Below, in pieces: positions 11,882-23,337 of a stretch of 64,000 bases of DNA. Location of the stretch: positions 496,001-560,000 of the forward strand of contig NIVC01000382.1 in the NCBI GenBank assembly GCA_002269645.1, written 5' to 3'. A program made the translations under genes and the position numbers. The number at the start of each line of letters is the position of its first letter. Position 1 is the first letter of the stretch. This stretch comes from Macrostomum lignano (taxonomy: Eukaryota). A model generated the notes under the pieces. It was not told where the DNA came from, made no database searches, and was given only the letters and a program-made list of their open reading frames with translations.

Positions 11882-13012
11882 AGTTTTAGACGAGTGAACT
11901 TTTGTATATGCGACTAGCGCATTTCACATACACTTAAATAAGAGGCAATAAATTTGTAAAAAAAGCTGTTCTAAATAATCTGAGATCTTCCCCATAAACA
12001 ATATTCCTTCCGAAAGTGACGGTTCGGCCCAACTGCCCTATCTGATTTATAAAAAGGTTACGACAAAATCGTTAGGGGGCTATAGAAGCTGTTGTATTCA
12101 TGATGACTGTGGATATAGTTTGTATTGGCTATTGACCCCCATTTCCTTTTACATGTAACTAATCAAGAAGAGTTTTTCGTTAAGTTCCAAAGTTGGAAGG
12201 CAATCTTTCTGGCGCTAACTAGAGTATATCAGCTATATATATATACAATGTGTTGTTTAAATTGTACATTACATTTACATTTGTTGAGTTCAGAAATCAA
12301 ATGGTTCAGCCAATGTCTAACATGTACGTCGTTCTTGAATTCAGTATAGTTTTGGAAAGTTAGATAACGGATATCCAAAGTTTATAGATTAGCCTAGGGG
12401 TTTAGGACAGGTTGTGCCATAGACAATATGCAAATTTCTAAGAAACAAGCAAATCTAGAATTGGACATCAAAACTTCATTTTTGATTGGGACTCCAAACA
12501 GAGCCACAGATTGAATTCGAAGTGCAGCTGACAACCAAAAGCACAAGCAAACAACACCACAAAGACGAACAATAATACTGAGAATTTAGTAGCATTTAGG
12601 CTGCATCCTACCGCCAGTAGTCTACTTTACAACCCCCAATTTGAACATTTTAAATCGGGAAAATGTGCGTAATTATAATTTACCCTTGAATTAAGCTATG
12701 CACTAATAAATTTACAAGCTCGTAATGTTTTTCTACAGCAAAAATTAAACTAACGATGCTTAGGTAAAACTGCGGTAGTGACAATGAGAGAAAAATGGGA
12801 CAGACAATTGAATTATATCGTATATTTTAAATTAATGGATTCGTAAGAGTCGAAAAGCAGTAAGTGGCGCACGGAGAAACAAAGAGTAAGCACAGGCGAG
12901 TGCAGATCACCTGAAGAGCTGTATAAAAATCGCGACAGATTTTGATGCAGTGTTCGGAGAAATATTATATACAATGTCACTCTGTAAACATTTTAATTTT
13001 GTAGTTTGAATC

Positions 13013-14106
13013 TCATTTCCATCGCTCTCTCGCGTCCATCCTCATCGCGTCCCAAAGCTTGGCGAGGTTGACGGAGTCTGGCGGCTCCCCCATGGCGAAC
13101 AGGCTCACCTTGACCTGCGTAGTAAAGGGGGAGCCGTAGCAGTCCTGAAACCCCAGCTGATTTGGCTTCACATCAATTCTGTCAACTTTCCACTCGGACT
13201 CGTCCAGGATCTGCCAGCCGTCGCAGTCTGTCCAGTACGGAAAGATGAGGAAGAACCAGAAAGCTCCCCGCTCCGACTCGTCAAGGATGTCCACAACTCG
13301 CCTCGCTGTGGCTCTGAGCAGGATCTCTTCAAATGGAGGGTTGAGCACCCAGCCGCCTGGATACTGCATCAGGTCTATGTGAAAAAAGTCGCCCAGACTG
13401 CCGAATGGGCTGTCAGTGTCAGGGAACAGGCTGCAGAACTTTGCTCCTTGCCGACCCAGCAGCTGACAATTGAGGGGCGAAGCGAAGCCCTCGTGAGCGG
13501 CTTTGCCCAGCTCGAACAGGGCATCGAAAGCTTTGGGGCAGAGGCTGGACTCGCCGCCTCTGAACATTCTCAGGCTGTAGTAGCGAAGGCACACCAGCGC
13601 GGCCCGCTGCTCACCGCACAGCTCGACCAGCTGCTTGACTCGCTCGCTCCAAGGCGTGCAGAATTTCCCAAATGTGATGGGCCTCGGCTGCCGGCCTCCT
13701 CAAATCGCAGCTGCACAGTTTGCTCCTCCTCTGCGATTTCACTCTCTCCTTGTAGAAACTGATCGATCATGGACAGCAGCGACTCTACCAGATGCGTCGC
13801 TTCGTCTCTCGACATGTTGCTGAAGCTCCCGCAGAACGATTTCACGAACTCATCTTTGCTTCTGTTATCGTTCAACTTCTGTGGCAGCAGACGGAATGTC
13901 TCGGACATTTGCTGACCATCGGTGGTCTGCATGGTGATGAGCCAACGACCGAATTGAATTTCTGTCCTTTTCTGCTGATTTCTATGCTCAGCTGGCTGAA
14001 ACCGTTGAGTGCGTTTCTCGAGCCAATTCTCGAGTCGGTCTATTTCCCTAAACTGGGAATACTCGAGCAGCAGTTTGACGTGAAGGTTTTGTTCTTCATC
14101 AGCCAT
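13013..14106 (-). pseudogene. PCIF1/CAPAM-like adenine-N6 methyltransferase, copy 1, frameshifted at about 13679-13681
   Basis: Two overlapping ORFs (14106-13570 and 13594-13013) are colinear with the intact copy at 44367-45497. Here AATGTGATGGGCC versus AATGTGATTTGGCC in copy 2 (1 nt shorter). FASPLNC, FPDTDSPFGSLG and NPPF are retained. Confidence 0.85.
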
Positions 14107-14871
14107 AGTAAACTTCTACCATTGCCTTCTCACCTTAGGTCCTGGTTTTATGCTATCAGTTTTTTTCGTTTTTCGCTTTTCATTTTGTTTCTTTTTGGCT
14201 TTGAGATTTGGACTCGGTTTGTCAGCATCCGAACTGAAGTGTACGCTATGTTTTTCGAAACCCGCCCTCACGACTAAATGTACACATTTTGCAGCCTTTA
14301 TACTGGGCTATTTTTAGCAGATTTTGAACTATTTTTCAACAAAAACAATTCCTAAGAAATTCGTCATTGAAAGCAGGCGTAGAATAATACATACGAAGGA
14401 AAGAGGCAAAAACTGTGTACTGGCCATACATTTTATATTCCCCAGATAAGTCACTCAGCGACCACAAGCATGCCCATAAAGCCTTTGTCTTTCTTAAACA
14501 TTTTTGGGACTTATCAGGTATCATGTCTATAGCTTGTGCGCCTATTAAGGGTTTTTAAAGGCATATTTAGCTATTTTCAGTATAAGGCTTTCAAATGTTG
14601 TATGTTTCACTTGAACCAGCGAGTGAATAACCAAATACTAGATTGTTATTAAAACAGTTAAACATTTGAACGAAGTACAAGAAACGATAAACATCCAAAG
14701 GTTTTAACAATAGTGAAGCTATTGTGAAGAGCTTGCTACAGTGTGAAGTGTGAAGTGTGAAGAGCTTGCTACTTGCTACTTGCTATAGTGTGCTACTGTA
14801 GCTAGTTAAACGTGTGTTATAAGATTGACTTCTTGTTTAATCGGTCTCCACCAGTTCTGTTGAAGCCGACT

Positions 14872-15150
14872 GAGAGGTAACGCATCCTTTGGCAGTCGGG
14901 TCCCCAAACTGTGCTGCGTTCCGTTGTTCATTCCGCATGCAGAAGGTTTAAAGTGGATATCGGAGTGGAGACTGTATATCTTTGTGTTATGTTTTCCTGA
15001 CATTCTGGAGATCGACTTCGGTGTCGCCAATCCACTTCTGGGCAGCAGAGTCACTCTTAAGGAAGTTGTACAGCGAGATTTTGACTCCATCATCTGTTGA
15101 TGGTGATAATTTATGTGTGCTGCAGCCTCGAACACAGCAGCACCTCGAAT
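14872..15150 (-). pseudogene. Decayed THAP (C2CH zinc finger) coding remnant, probably from a DNA transposon
   Basis: RCCCVRGC...SLYNF...KW, then in a shifted frame KIYSLHSDIHF...RLPKDALP, matching the THAP layout C-x2-4-C...F...W...CxxHF...LKxxAVP. Confidence 0.55.
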
Positions 15151-15660
15151 TCAGCACTCGTCTGCCTATTTGTTTGATAGCAAAGTGCAAGGACGAGATG
15201 ACTGGTGAACTTTGTATTTGTTGCGAATATTTTTGTAACCACCGCAAAAATATGCTTATGTCCCTTTAAGCTACTGACCTCAGACTTGTCTCAAGCGCTG
15301 TCGGCTTGATTAAATTTTTCTTGCAATTTGCGTGGTCGATATTTTCCTATTGAAAGCATTGAGAGTGGCGTATCTAGGGAATATAAGATCTATGGTACCG
15401 CTAATCAAGACTAAGTATGAGATCATACCAAAACTGTAATAAATCATGTATTCTCAGATTGCTTGACCCACAAATTGTGAGCAACATGTACCAGTAGGCT
15501 CAGAAGCGGAATAAAAAACGACAGCTGACAGAAAGAAATCTCATTAAAAAAGTATTTTTTTGCATTTTAAAAGCAGAATTAAAGGAAAGGATTCCGGCTT
15601 ACACAGTAGTAGATGAATAAAGGAAGAAAACAAATATTAATTTTTTTAATAAAAACGTAT

Positions 15661-15828
15661 ATGCTGATACGTTTCGATAATTTCGGTCATCTTAAGGGCA
15701 GCTTGGGCAGCTCGTACAAAAATTCCGGCCTAGATAGAGGGGCAGAGAGAAAGAGAGAGAGGGAGAGTAGGGTGCATTAGCGTTCTGACTAGCTAACTGC
15801 CAGTTCAAATTATGCTTTTGAGCTTAAA
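15661..15828 (-). mobile_element. 3' part of a Penelope-like element (hammerhead-core-like relic), separated from its GIY-YIG part by the Helitron array
   Basis: Homologous to 48037-48293, which is contiguous with GIY-YIG-homologous sequence at 48294-48430. Contains CTTAAGA-T-GACC-GAAAT-TATC-GAAA. Confidence 0.5.
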
Positions 15829-16050
15829 CTAGCAATCTACGCCCCCCGTTGGGGAGCCAAAGAAATGCAATACACGTTTTTTAATAAGCTACATATATCC
15901 TTGAAATCTTAAAAAATCTCCTGTCAAACCTTGTAAGCCTTGACATGTCAATAATTCCCCCCCACAAGCTTTAACACATCAACTTCCCCCCTTGACATCT
16001 CAGCAATGCCCCCAATAAGCCTTGGAAATCTAAAAATATCTGTCAACCTT

Positions 16051-16118
16051 CTAACCCTAACCCTAGCCTAACCCTAACCCTAACCCTAACCCTAACCCTA
16101 ACCCTAACCTAACCCTAA
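16051..16118. repeat. Interstitial telomeric repeat (CCCTAA)n, about 11 units, inside Helitron A
   Basis: Direct reading; a few variant units. Confidence 0.95.
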
Positions 16119-16989
16119 AGCATTGAAATTTCAGTAATTCTCTCTGAGAGTCATTATAGCACTACTACAGCATCATAGCGACTCCCTGCAAGCCTCGACA
16201 TCGTAGGGATTCCCAAATGAATCTCTTAACTTCGACATGAAGCTTCTTTTATTTTTTACATTACGCTTTTTTATCAGCGATCCCTCCAATGAGGAGGCAT
16301 CAAATAATGTAATAAAAAGTTTTCAATAAACTACATGTAGCTTCTGACTTTAGCCTTGAAATCTCAGCTATTCCCCCCGTAAGCCTTAACATGTCAGCGA
16401 TAGCCCCCATAAACCTTGAAATCTAAAAAATCCCCTGTTATTCTGTTAACCTTGAAACCCGCTAAAATCTAACCCTCAACCCACACCTGACCTAAACCTA
16501 ACTTTAACCCAACCTAAAGCCTTGAAATCTCAGCAATTCTTCTCCCCTAAGCCTTGACATTTTAGTGATTCCTTCTTTAAGAATCACAGCACTATAACGA
16601 TTTCCACCTAGCTTTGACATCGTAGCAATTCCCAAATGAATCTTTTAACTTCGACATGACTTTTCTTTTATGTATACATAGTGCTACTTTTATTTTTTAC
16701 ATGACTCTTCTTCTATCAGCGTCCCCCCCGTGGCGAGCCAACAAAGAATGCAATAAAAAAATTGAGTAAAGTACATGAACTTTGAAGTAGCTTCTGACTT
16801 TTGCTTTGACATCTCAGAACCCCCCCCCCACGTAATCTCAGTTATTCTCTGAGAGCCTTGACGTCTCAGTTTTTCTCCCTAGCACAGCATTATAGCTGCA
16901 TTTAATTTTTACATGACACCCTTCATGTCTGACATGACGCTTCTTTTATTCTACCATGATGCTTCTTAATTTTTTAAATGACACTCATC

Positions 16990-19022
16990 AGTTTTTAAAT
17001 GAGGCTTCTATGATTTTTTACATGGCGCTTCTATGATTGTTTACATGAAGCTTCTATGATTTTTTACATGACGCTTCTATGATTGTTTACATGACGCTTC
17101 TATGATTTTTTACATGACGCTTCTATGATTGTTTACATGACGCTTTTGTGTGATTTTTACATGACGCTTCTATGATTGTTTACATGACGCTTCTATGATT
17201 GTTTACATAGCGCTTCTATGATTGTTTACATGACGCTTCTATGATTGTTTACATGACGCTTCTATGCTTGTTTACATGACGCTTCTATGATTGTTTACAT
17301 GACGCTTTTGTGTGATTTTTACATGACGCTTCTATGATTGTTTACATGACGCTTCTATGATTGTTTACATAGCGCTTCTATGATTGTTTACATGACGCTT
17401 CTATGATTGCTTGCATGACGCTTCTATGATTGTTTACATGACGCTTCTATGATTGTTTACATGACGCTTCTAGGATTGTTTACATGAAGCTTCTATGATT
17501 TTTTACATGACGCTTCCATGATTTTTTACATGACGCTGCTACGATTTTTTACATGACGCTTCTATGATTGTTTACATGACGCTTTTGTGATTTTTTCATG
17601 ACGCTTCTATGATTTTTAAAATGACGCTTCTATGATTGTTTACATGACGCTTCTATGATTGTTTACATTACGCTTCTATGATTTTTTTAAATGACGCTTT
17701 TATGATTGTTTACGTGACGCTTCTATGATTGTTTACATGACGCTTCTATGATTTTTGACATGACGCTTCTATGATTGTTTACATGACGCTTCTATGATTG
17801 TTTACATGACGCTTCTATGATTGTTTACATGACGCTTCTATGATTGTTTACATGACGCTTCTATGATTGTTTACATGACGCTTCTATGATTGTTTACATG
17901 ACGCTTCTATGATTTTTTAAATGACGCTTCTATGATTTTTTCATGACGCTCCTACGATTTTTCACATGACGCTTCTATGATTGTTTACATGACGCTTTTG
18001 TGATTTTTACATGACGCTTCTATGATTTTTTACATGACGCTTTTATGATTGTTTACATGACGCTTCTATGATTGTTTACATGACGCTTCTATGATTTTTT
18101 TAAATGACGCTTCTATGATTGTTTACATGACGCTTCTATGATTGTTTACATGACGCTTCTATGATTTTGGCATGACGCTTCTATGATTGTTTACATGGCG
18201 CTTCTATGATTGTTTACATGACGCTTCTATGATTTTTTACATGGCGCTTCTATGATTATTTACATGACGCTTCTATGATTTTTTCATGACGCTGCTACGA
18301 TTTTTTACATGACGCTTCTATGATTGTTTACATGACGCTTTTATGATTTTTACATGACGCTTCTATGATTTTTTAAATGACGCTTCTATGATTGTTTACA
18401 TGACGCTTCTATGATTGTTTACATGACGCTTCTATGATTTTTTAAATGACGCTTCTATGATTGTTTACATGACGCTTCTATGATTGTTTACATGACGCTT
18501 CTATGATTTTTTAAATGACGTTTCTATGATTGTTTACATGACGCTTCTATGATTGTTTACATGACGCTTCTATGATTTTTTAAATGACGTTTCTATGATT
18601 GTTTACATGACGCTTCTATGATTGTTTACATGACGCTTCTATGATTGTTTATGATTGTTTACATGACGCTTCTATGATTGTTTACATGACGCTTCTATGC
18701 TTCTATGATTTTTTGACGCTTCTATGACATGCTTCTATGATTCATTACATGACGCTTCTATGATTGTTTACATGACGCTTCTATGATTGTTTACATGACG
18801 CTTCTATAATTTTTTTAAATGACGCTTCTATGATTATTTACATGACGCTTCTATGATTGTTTACATGACGCTTCTATGATTTTTTACATGACGCTTCTAT
18901 GATTGTTTACATGACGCTTCTATGATTTTTTACATGACGTTGTTTACATGACGCTTCTATGATTTTTTACATGACGTTTCTATGATTTTTTACATGACGC
19001 TTCTATGATTTTTACATGACGA
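16990..19022. repeat. 23-bp minisatellite CATGACGCTTCTATGATTGTTTA, roughly 88 copies
   Basis: Period of 23 checked (CATGACG at 17828 and 17851); copy number is length/23. Confidence 0.95.
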
Positions 19023-19779
19023 TTCTTTTTTAAAAGTCTTTTAGTTTTCCTGACGTTGAAAAGCTTTAATTAAAAAATTATACTCTATGAAAATTCGAAC
19101 CATCGTCTCTGCATTTAGCAGTTCAGTTTGTTCACCTCTAGGCTAGCTCTCATCGTTTTGATAAGATCAAATTTTGCACTTATATAATTCAACACTTGAA
19201 AATCCAAGCATAGAGTAAATCACACGAAGCAGTTATGACATAATCAGTTTCTCAGTCAGTCAGTATCAGTTAACAATATGGTTACGCAATTTAAATCAAG
19301 TCTGGTGCTATGCTTCCACACTGCATTTTCAATTCAAGTCGGAGTTACAATTCAGTTATGATGCAATCATTTCAGAATCAGAATTCAACCAGTCAGTTTT
19401 TTCTCTAGCATTCTTACAATGCATTTCAAGTCGAAAGAGCTGCTTGACCTTTGCAAAAAAGCATGTTTTTCGAATATTTAATGCCTTTAGCATCGAGCAA
19501 TTTCTTAGCCGCGATGCATGTACAGTCACGGGAAAATTTCTGATCGAACAGTGCAAGTTCGAACAAAATCGGTCCAGCCATTTTTTCTCTAATCTATCAC
19601 ATATATATAGACATCACATTTTTAGTATATAGGACTAGCAATCTTCGCCCCCCGTTGGGGGACATCTGGATAGAATCTCTGTTCTCCACAAGTAACAAAA
19701 AGACAGCCAAATAAAGCCTTCACAAAGACAGCAGACAAACTGCTCAAATAAAGTGTAATGCAAAAAGAAATCATCCCAA

Positions 19780-19990
19780 GACAGCAAGCATCCCCCAGAT
19801 TGCAAGCATCCCCCAGATAGCAAGTATCCCCCAGATAGCAAGCATCCCCCAGATAGCAAGCATCCCCCAAATAGCAAGCGTCCCCCAGATAGCTAGCATC
19901 CACCAGATAGGAAGCATCCCCCCTCCCGGATAGCAAGCATCCCCCCAGATAGCAAGCATCCCCAAATAGTAAGCATCCACCAGACAATAA
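19780..19990. repeat. About 19-bp tandem repeat AGCAAGCATCCCCCAGAT(A)
   Basis: About 11 degenerate copies near the 3' end of unit B. Confidence 0.85.
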
Positions 19991-20074
19991 GTAGCTAGTG
20001 CAACAATTTCCTTAGCTCTATAGTGACTCCTTTAAAATTGGCATGACGCTTACTTTTACGTTTGAAATTGTGTA

Positions 20075-21172
20075 TCTTTTAAGTTTGACATCGTGGCTCT
20101 TTTATGTTTGACATCGTGGCTCTTTTATGTTTGACATGGTGGCTCTTTTATGTTCTACATGGTGGCTCTTTAATGTTTGACATGGTGGCTCTTTAATGTT
20201 TGACATGGTGGCTCTTTTATGTTCTACATGGTGGCTCTTTAATGTTCTAAATGGTGGCTTTTTATTTTCAACATGGTGGCTCTTTAATGTTTGGCATGAT
20301 GGCTCTCTGATGTTTGACATGGAGTCACGAATATACTTGACATGGTGACTCTTTAATGTTTCACATTGTGGCTCTTTAATGTTTGACATGTTGGCTCTTT
20401 TATGTTTGACATGGTGGCTCTTTAATGTTTGACATGATGGCTCTTTTATGTTTGACATGGTGGCTCTTTAATGTTCGACATGGTGGCTCTATAATGTTTG
20501 ACATGGTGGCTCTTTAATTTTCGACATGGTGCCTCTTTAATGTTCGACATGGTGGCTCTTTAATGTTAAACACGGTAACTGTTTAATTTTTGACATGGTG
20601 GCTCTTTAATGTTCGACATGGTGGCTCTTTAATGTTCGACATGGTGGTCCTTTTATGCTTGACATGGTGGCTCTTTAATGTTTGACATGTTGGTCCTTTT
20701 ATGTTTGACCTGGGGCACCTTAATGTCTGTAATGATGGCTCTTTAATGTTTGAAATGGTGGCTCTTTAATATTTGACATGGTGGCTCTTTAATGTTTGAC
20801 ATTGTGGCTCATAAATGTTTGACATGGTGGCTCTTTAATGTTCGACATGGTGGCTTTTTCATATGTGACATGGTGGCTCTTTTATGTTCGACATGGTGGC
20901 TCTTTTATGCTTGACATGGTGGCTCTTTTATGTTTGACGGGGTGGCTTTTCAATGTTCGACATTGTGGCTCTTTAATGTTCTTCATGGTGGCTCTTTAAT
21001 GTTTGAAATAGTGGCTCTTTAATATTTGACATGGTGGCTCTTTAATGTTTTTCATGGTGGCTCTTTAATGTTTTTCATGGTGGCTCTTTAATGTTCGACA
21101 TGGTGGCTCTTTAATGTTCGACATGGTGGCTCTTTAATGTTCGACATGGTGGCTCTTTAATGTTTGACATTG
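20075..21172. repeat. 23-bp minisatellite TTTGACATGGTGGCTCTTTAATG, roughly 47 copies
   Basis: Period of 23 checked (CTCTTTAATG at 21061 and 21084). Confidence 0.95.
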
Positions 21173-23337
21173 TGCATTTTTTGTGTTTAGCATTTTGTGT
21201 TTTTAAGGTTTTTAAATAAAAAAATCTTTTTGAACCCAGGTCGCTGCATCAGCAGTCCAGTCTGTTCGCATCTATGCTATCTCTTATCAATTGGAGAACA
21301 TGAATTGTGGCACTTATAATTAAATTCTTATAGCAAATCGGTAAGAGTAAAAAGTTATGACATAATCAATTTCTCAGTCAGCCAGTATCAGTCTCAATTT
21401 AAGTTAGCAATATGGTTACGCAATTTTAATCAAGTCTTGTGTGCATTTCTTCGGCACTGGTTGTGATGTAATCCTTATCACAAGTGGAATTCAGTCAGTC
21501 AGTTTTTTCTCTAGCATTCTTACAATGCATTTCAGGTCGAAAGAGCTGCTTGACCTTTGCAAAAAAGCATGTTTTTCGAATATTTAATCCCTTTAATATT
21601 GAGCAATTTCTTAGCCAAGATGCATGTACCGTCCCAGGAAAATTTTTGATTAAATGGTGCAAGTTTGAAGAAAATCGGTTGAGCCGTTTTTTCTAAAATC
21701 TATCGCATAGCTAGATAGATAGATACAGACAACTCATTTTTAGTATATGGGACATCTCACATGCAAAGAATCTCACATGCAAAGAATCCCCCATCCAAAG
21801 AACCCCCCATCGAAAGAATCCCGATCCGGAGAATTCCCCATCCAATGAATCCCATATCCAAGGAATCCCGCATACACAGAAGCTTCATTTCAAAGAATCT
21901 CAATCCAAAAAATTCCTCATCCAGAGAATCCCCATCCAAAGAATCCCCCAATCCATCCCTATCCAAAGAATCCCCCATTCATCCCTATCCAAAAATCCCC
22001 CAATCCCTCATTCCATCCATATCCAAAGAGAATCCCTCCTCCAAAAATAATCCCCATCCAAATAATCCAAAGATTCTCCCATCCAAATAATCCCCCATCA
22101 AAAAATAATTGACCCCCGTCCAAACCCCCGTCCAAATAATCCCAATCCAAAGAATCCAAAGCATTCCCCCACCAGCAGCATTGCCCCATGAACAGCATTC
22201 CCATATCAATAGTATTCCCCATCAACGCAACTCTCTGTTAGCAATGTGTAGTTAAGCAATAGATCAGTCAGTATAAAGTATCTTAGTTTAGAAACTCTGT
22301 GAGTCAATAATTTCCAACTTATTTAAAGACTCTCCTACTCAGCCCAAAGGCTTTCCACTTTGTCTTGATAAATAGGACAGTTACATTGAATCGATACTGC
22401 ACTCGTAAAATAAGTGGTGCTATTGAAATGAGAAAGACGGAAGACATCATTCAGGACTTTCCACTTCAGTTTAACTCTTTTCATGGCTTCAGTGCGAATG
22501 TAACGTGCACTTTACTATATTATAAATTTAGCCATAGTGGAAAGTCCCGCCACGAGCTGGAGTCTCGTAGAATACTTGTACATCAATACATAAACTAAAT
22601 GCGTATAAAGTACTCATAGTAGCAGGTAAAATACAGTCTCCAGAGTAAAAATAAGTATGAATAAGCTAGTTAGTACGAGCGTATTCTACAGAATCAGATA
22701 TTGATGAAAGAATTGCCTGATTTTTTTCGCGGAATATAGCATTATAGTAGGATTTTTCTTCATATCTTGCTGGTGCACATTTACTGCGATGGGAGGTGAA
22801 AAGCTGTGATGGTGGGCACCAGCATTATTGAAACTAATTGAAATTAATAACTGCTCAATAACTGCGGTTGTACTGGTATTAAGCATCTTGGGGATTTAAT
22901 AAAGGTATTGCCTTAAATATAAGCTATTTAAAAATAAGTTTATACTTTATGAATATGGAATAGCTTACAAATTCCCTGCATACTATACAGATTTACGGTA
23001 AGAGTATAATAGTAGCATACATATCAAAGGCTGTAAGTAAATCATGATACATATCGTAACAGTGAAATGAAAAACTGATTTTGAGGTTGTGAAATTTAAG
23101 GTTGTGAAATCGACAGAACAGAAACCGTTGTTCAAAACCAGTTCACAAATTGAAATTGACTTTTTTCTGGCCTTCTGTCAGCTTTGTGCTAGCACGTGAT
23201 GGCTAAATTCTTTTGCTTTAGGCGTGTAAATCCTCTATGCTTAATTTATTGTCTAAACTTTGAGTTTTTCATTTCACTATAAGACTTTAATTTAATAGAA
23301 CTAAAAGGACATACTTATAAGTCATGCATAATCAGCG

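Larger units (their letters stand above)
15829..19634 (-). mobile_element. Non-autonomous Helitron, unit A (3806 bp)
   Basis: Minus-strand 5' TCCTATATACTAAAAATG at 19634. 3' hairpin GCTCCCC-AAC-GGGGGGC, then TAGATTGCTAG|T ending at 15829. No TSD. Confidence 0.85.
19635..21752 (-). mobile_element. Non-autonomous Helitron, unit B (2118 bp)
   Basis: 5' TCCCATATACTAAAAATG at 21752. 3' hairpin TCCCCC-AAC-GGGGG, then CGAAGATTGCTAG ending at 19635, abutting the TC of unit A. Confidence 0.85.

Noticed and set aside
16051-16118. Telomere or chromosome-fusion site
   Set aside because: Short, single orientation, and present at the same position in two copies of a mobile element.
19622-22225. Several 60-120 aa repetitive ORFs (GGCLL, MSNIKEP, KESP)
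   Set aside because: Read-through of minisatellites in non-autonomous Helitrons; no coding signature. The same applies to 32113-33765, 38947-39249 and 57735-58181.
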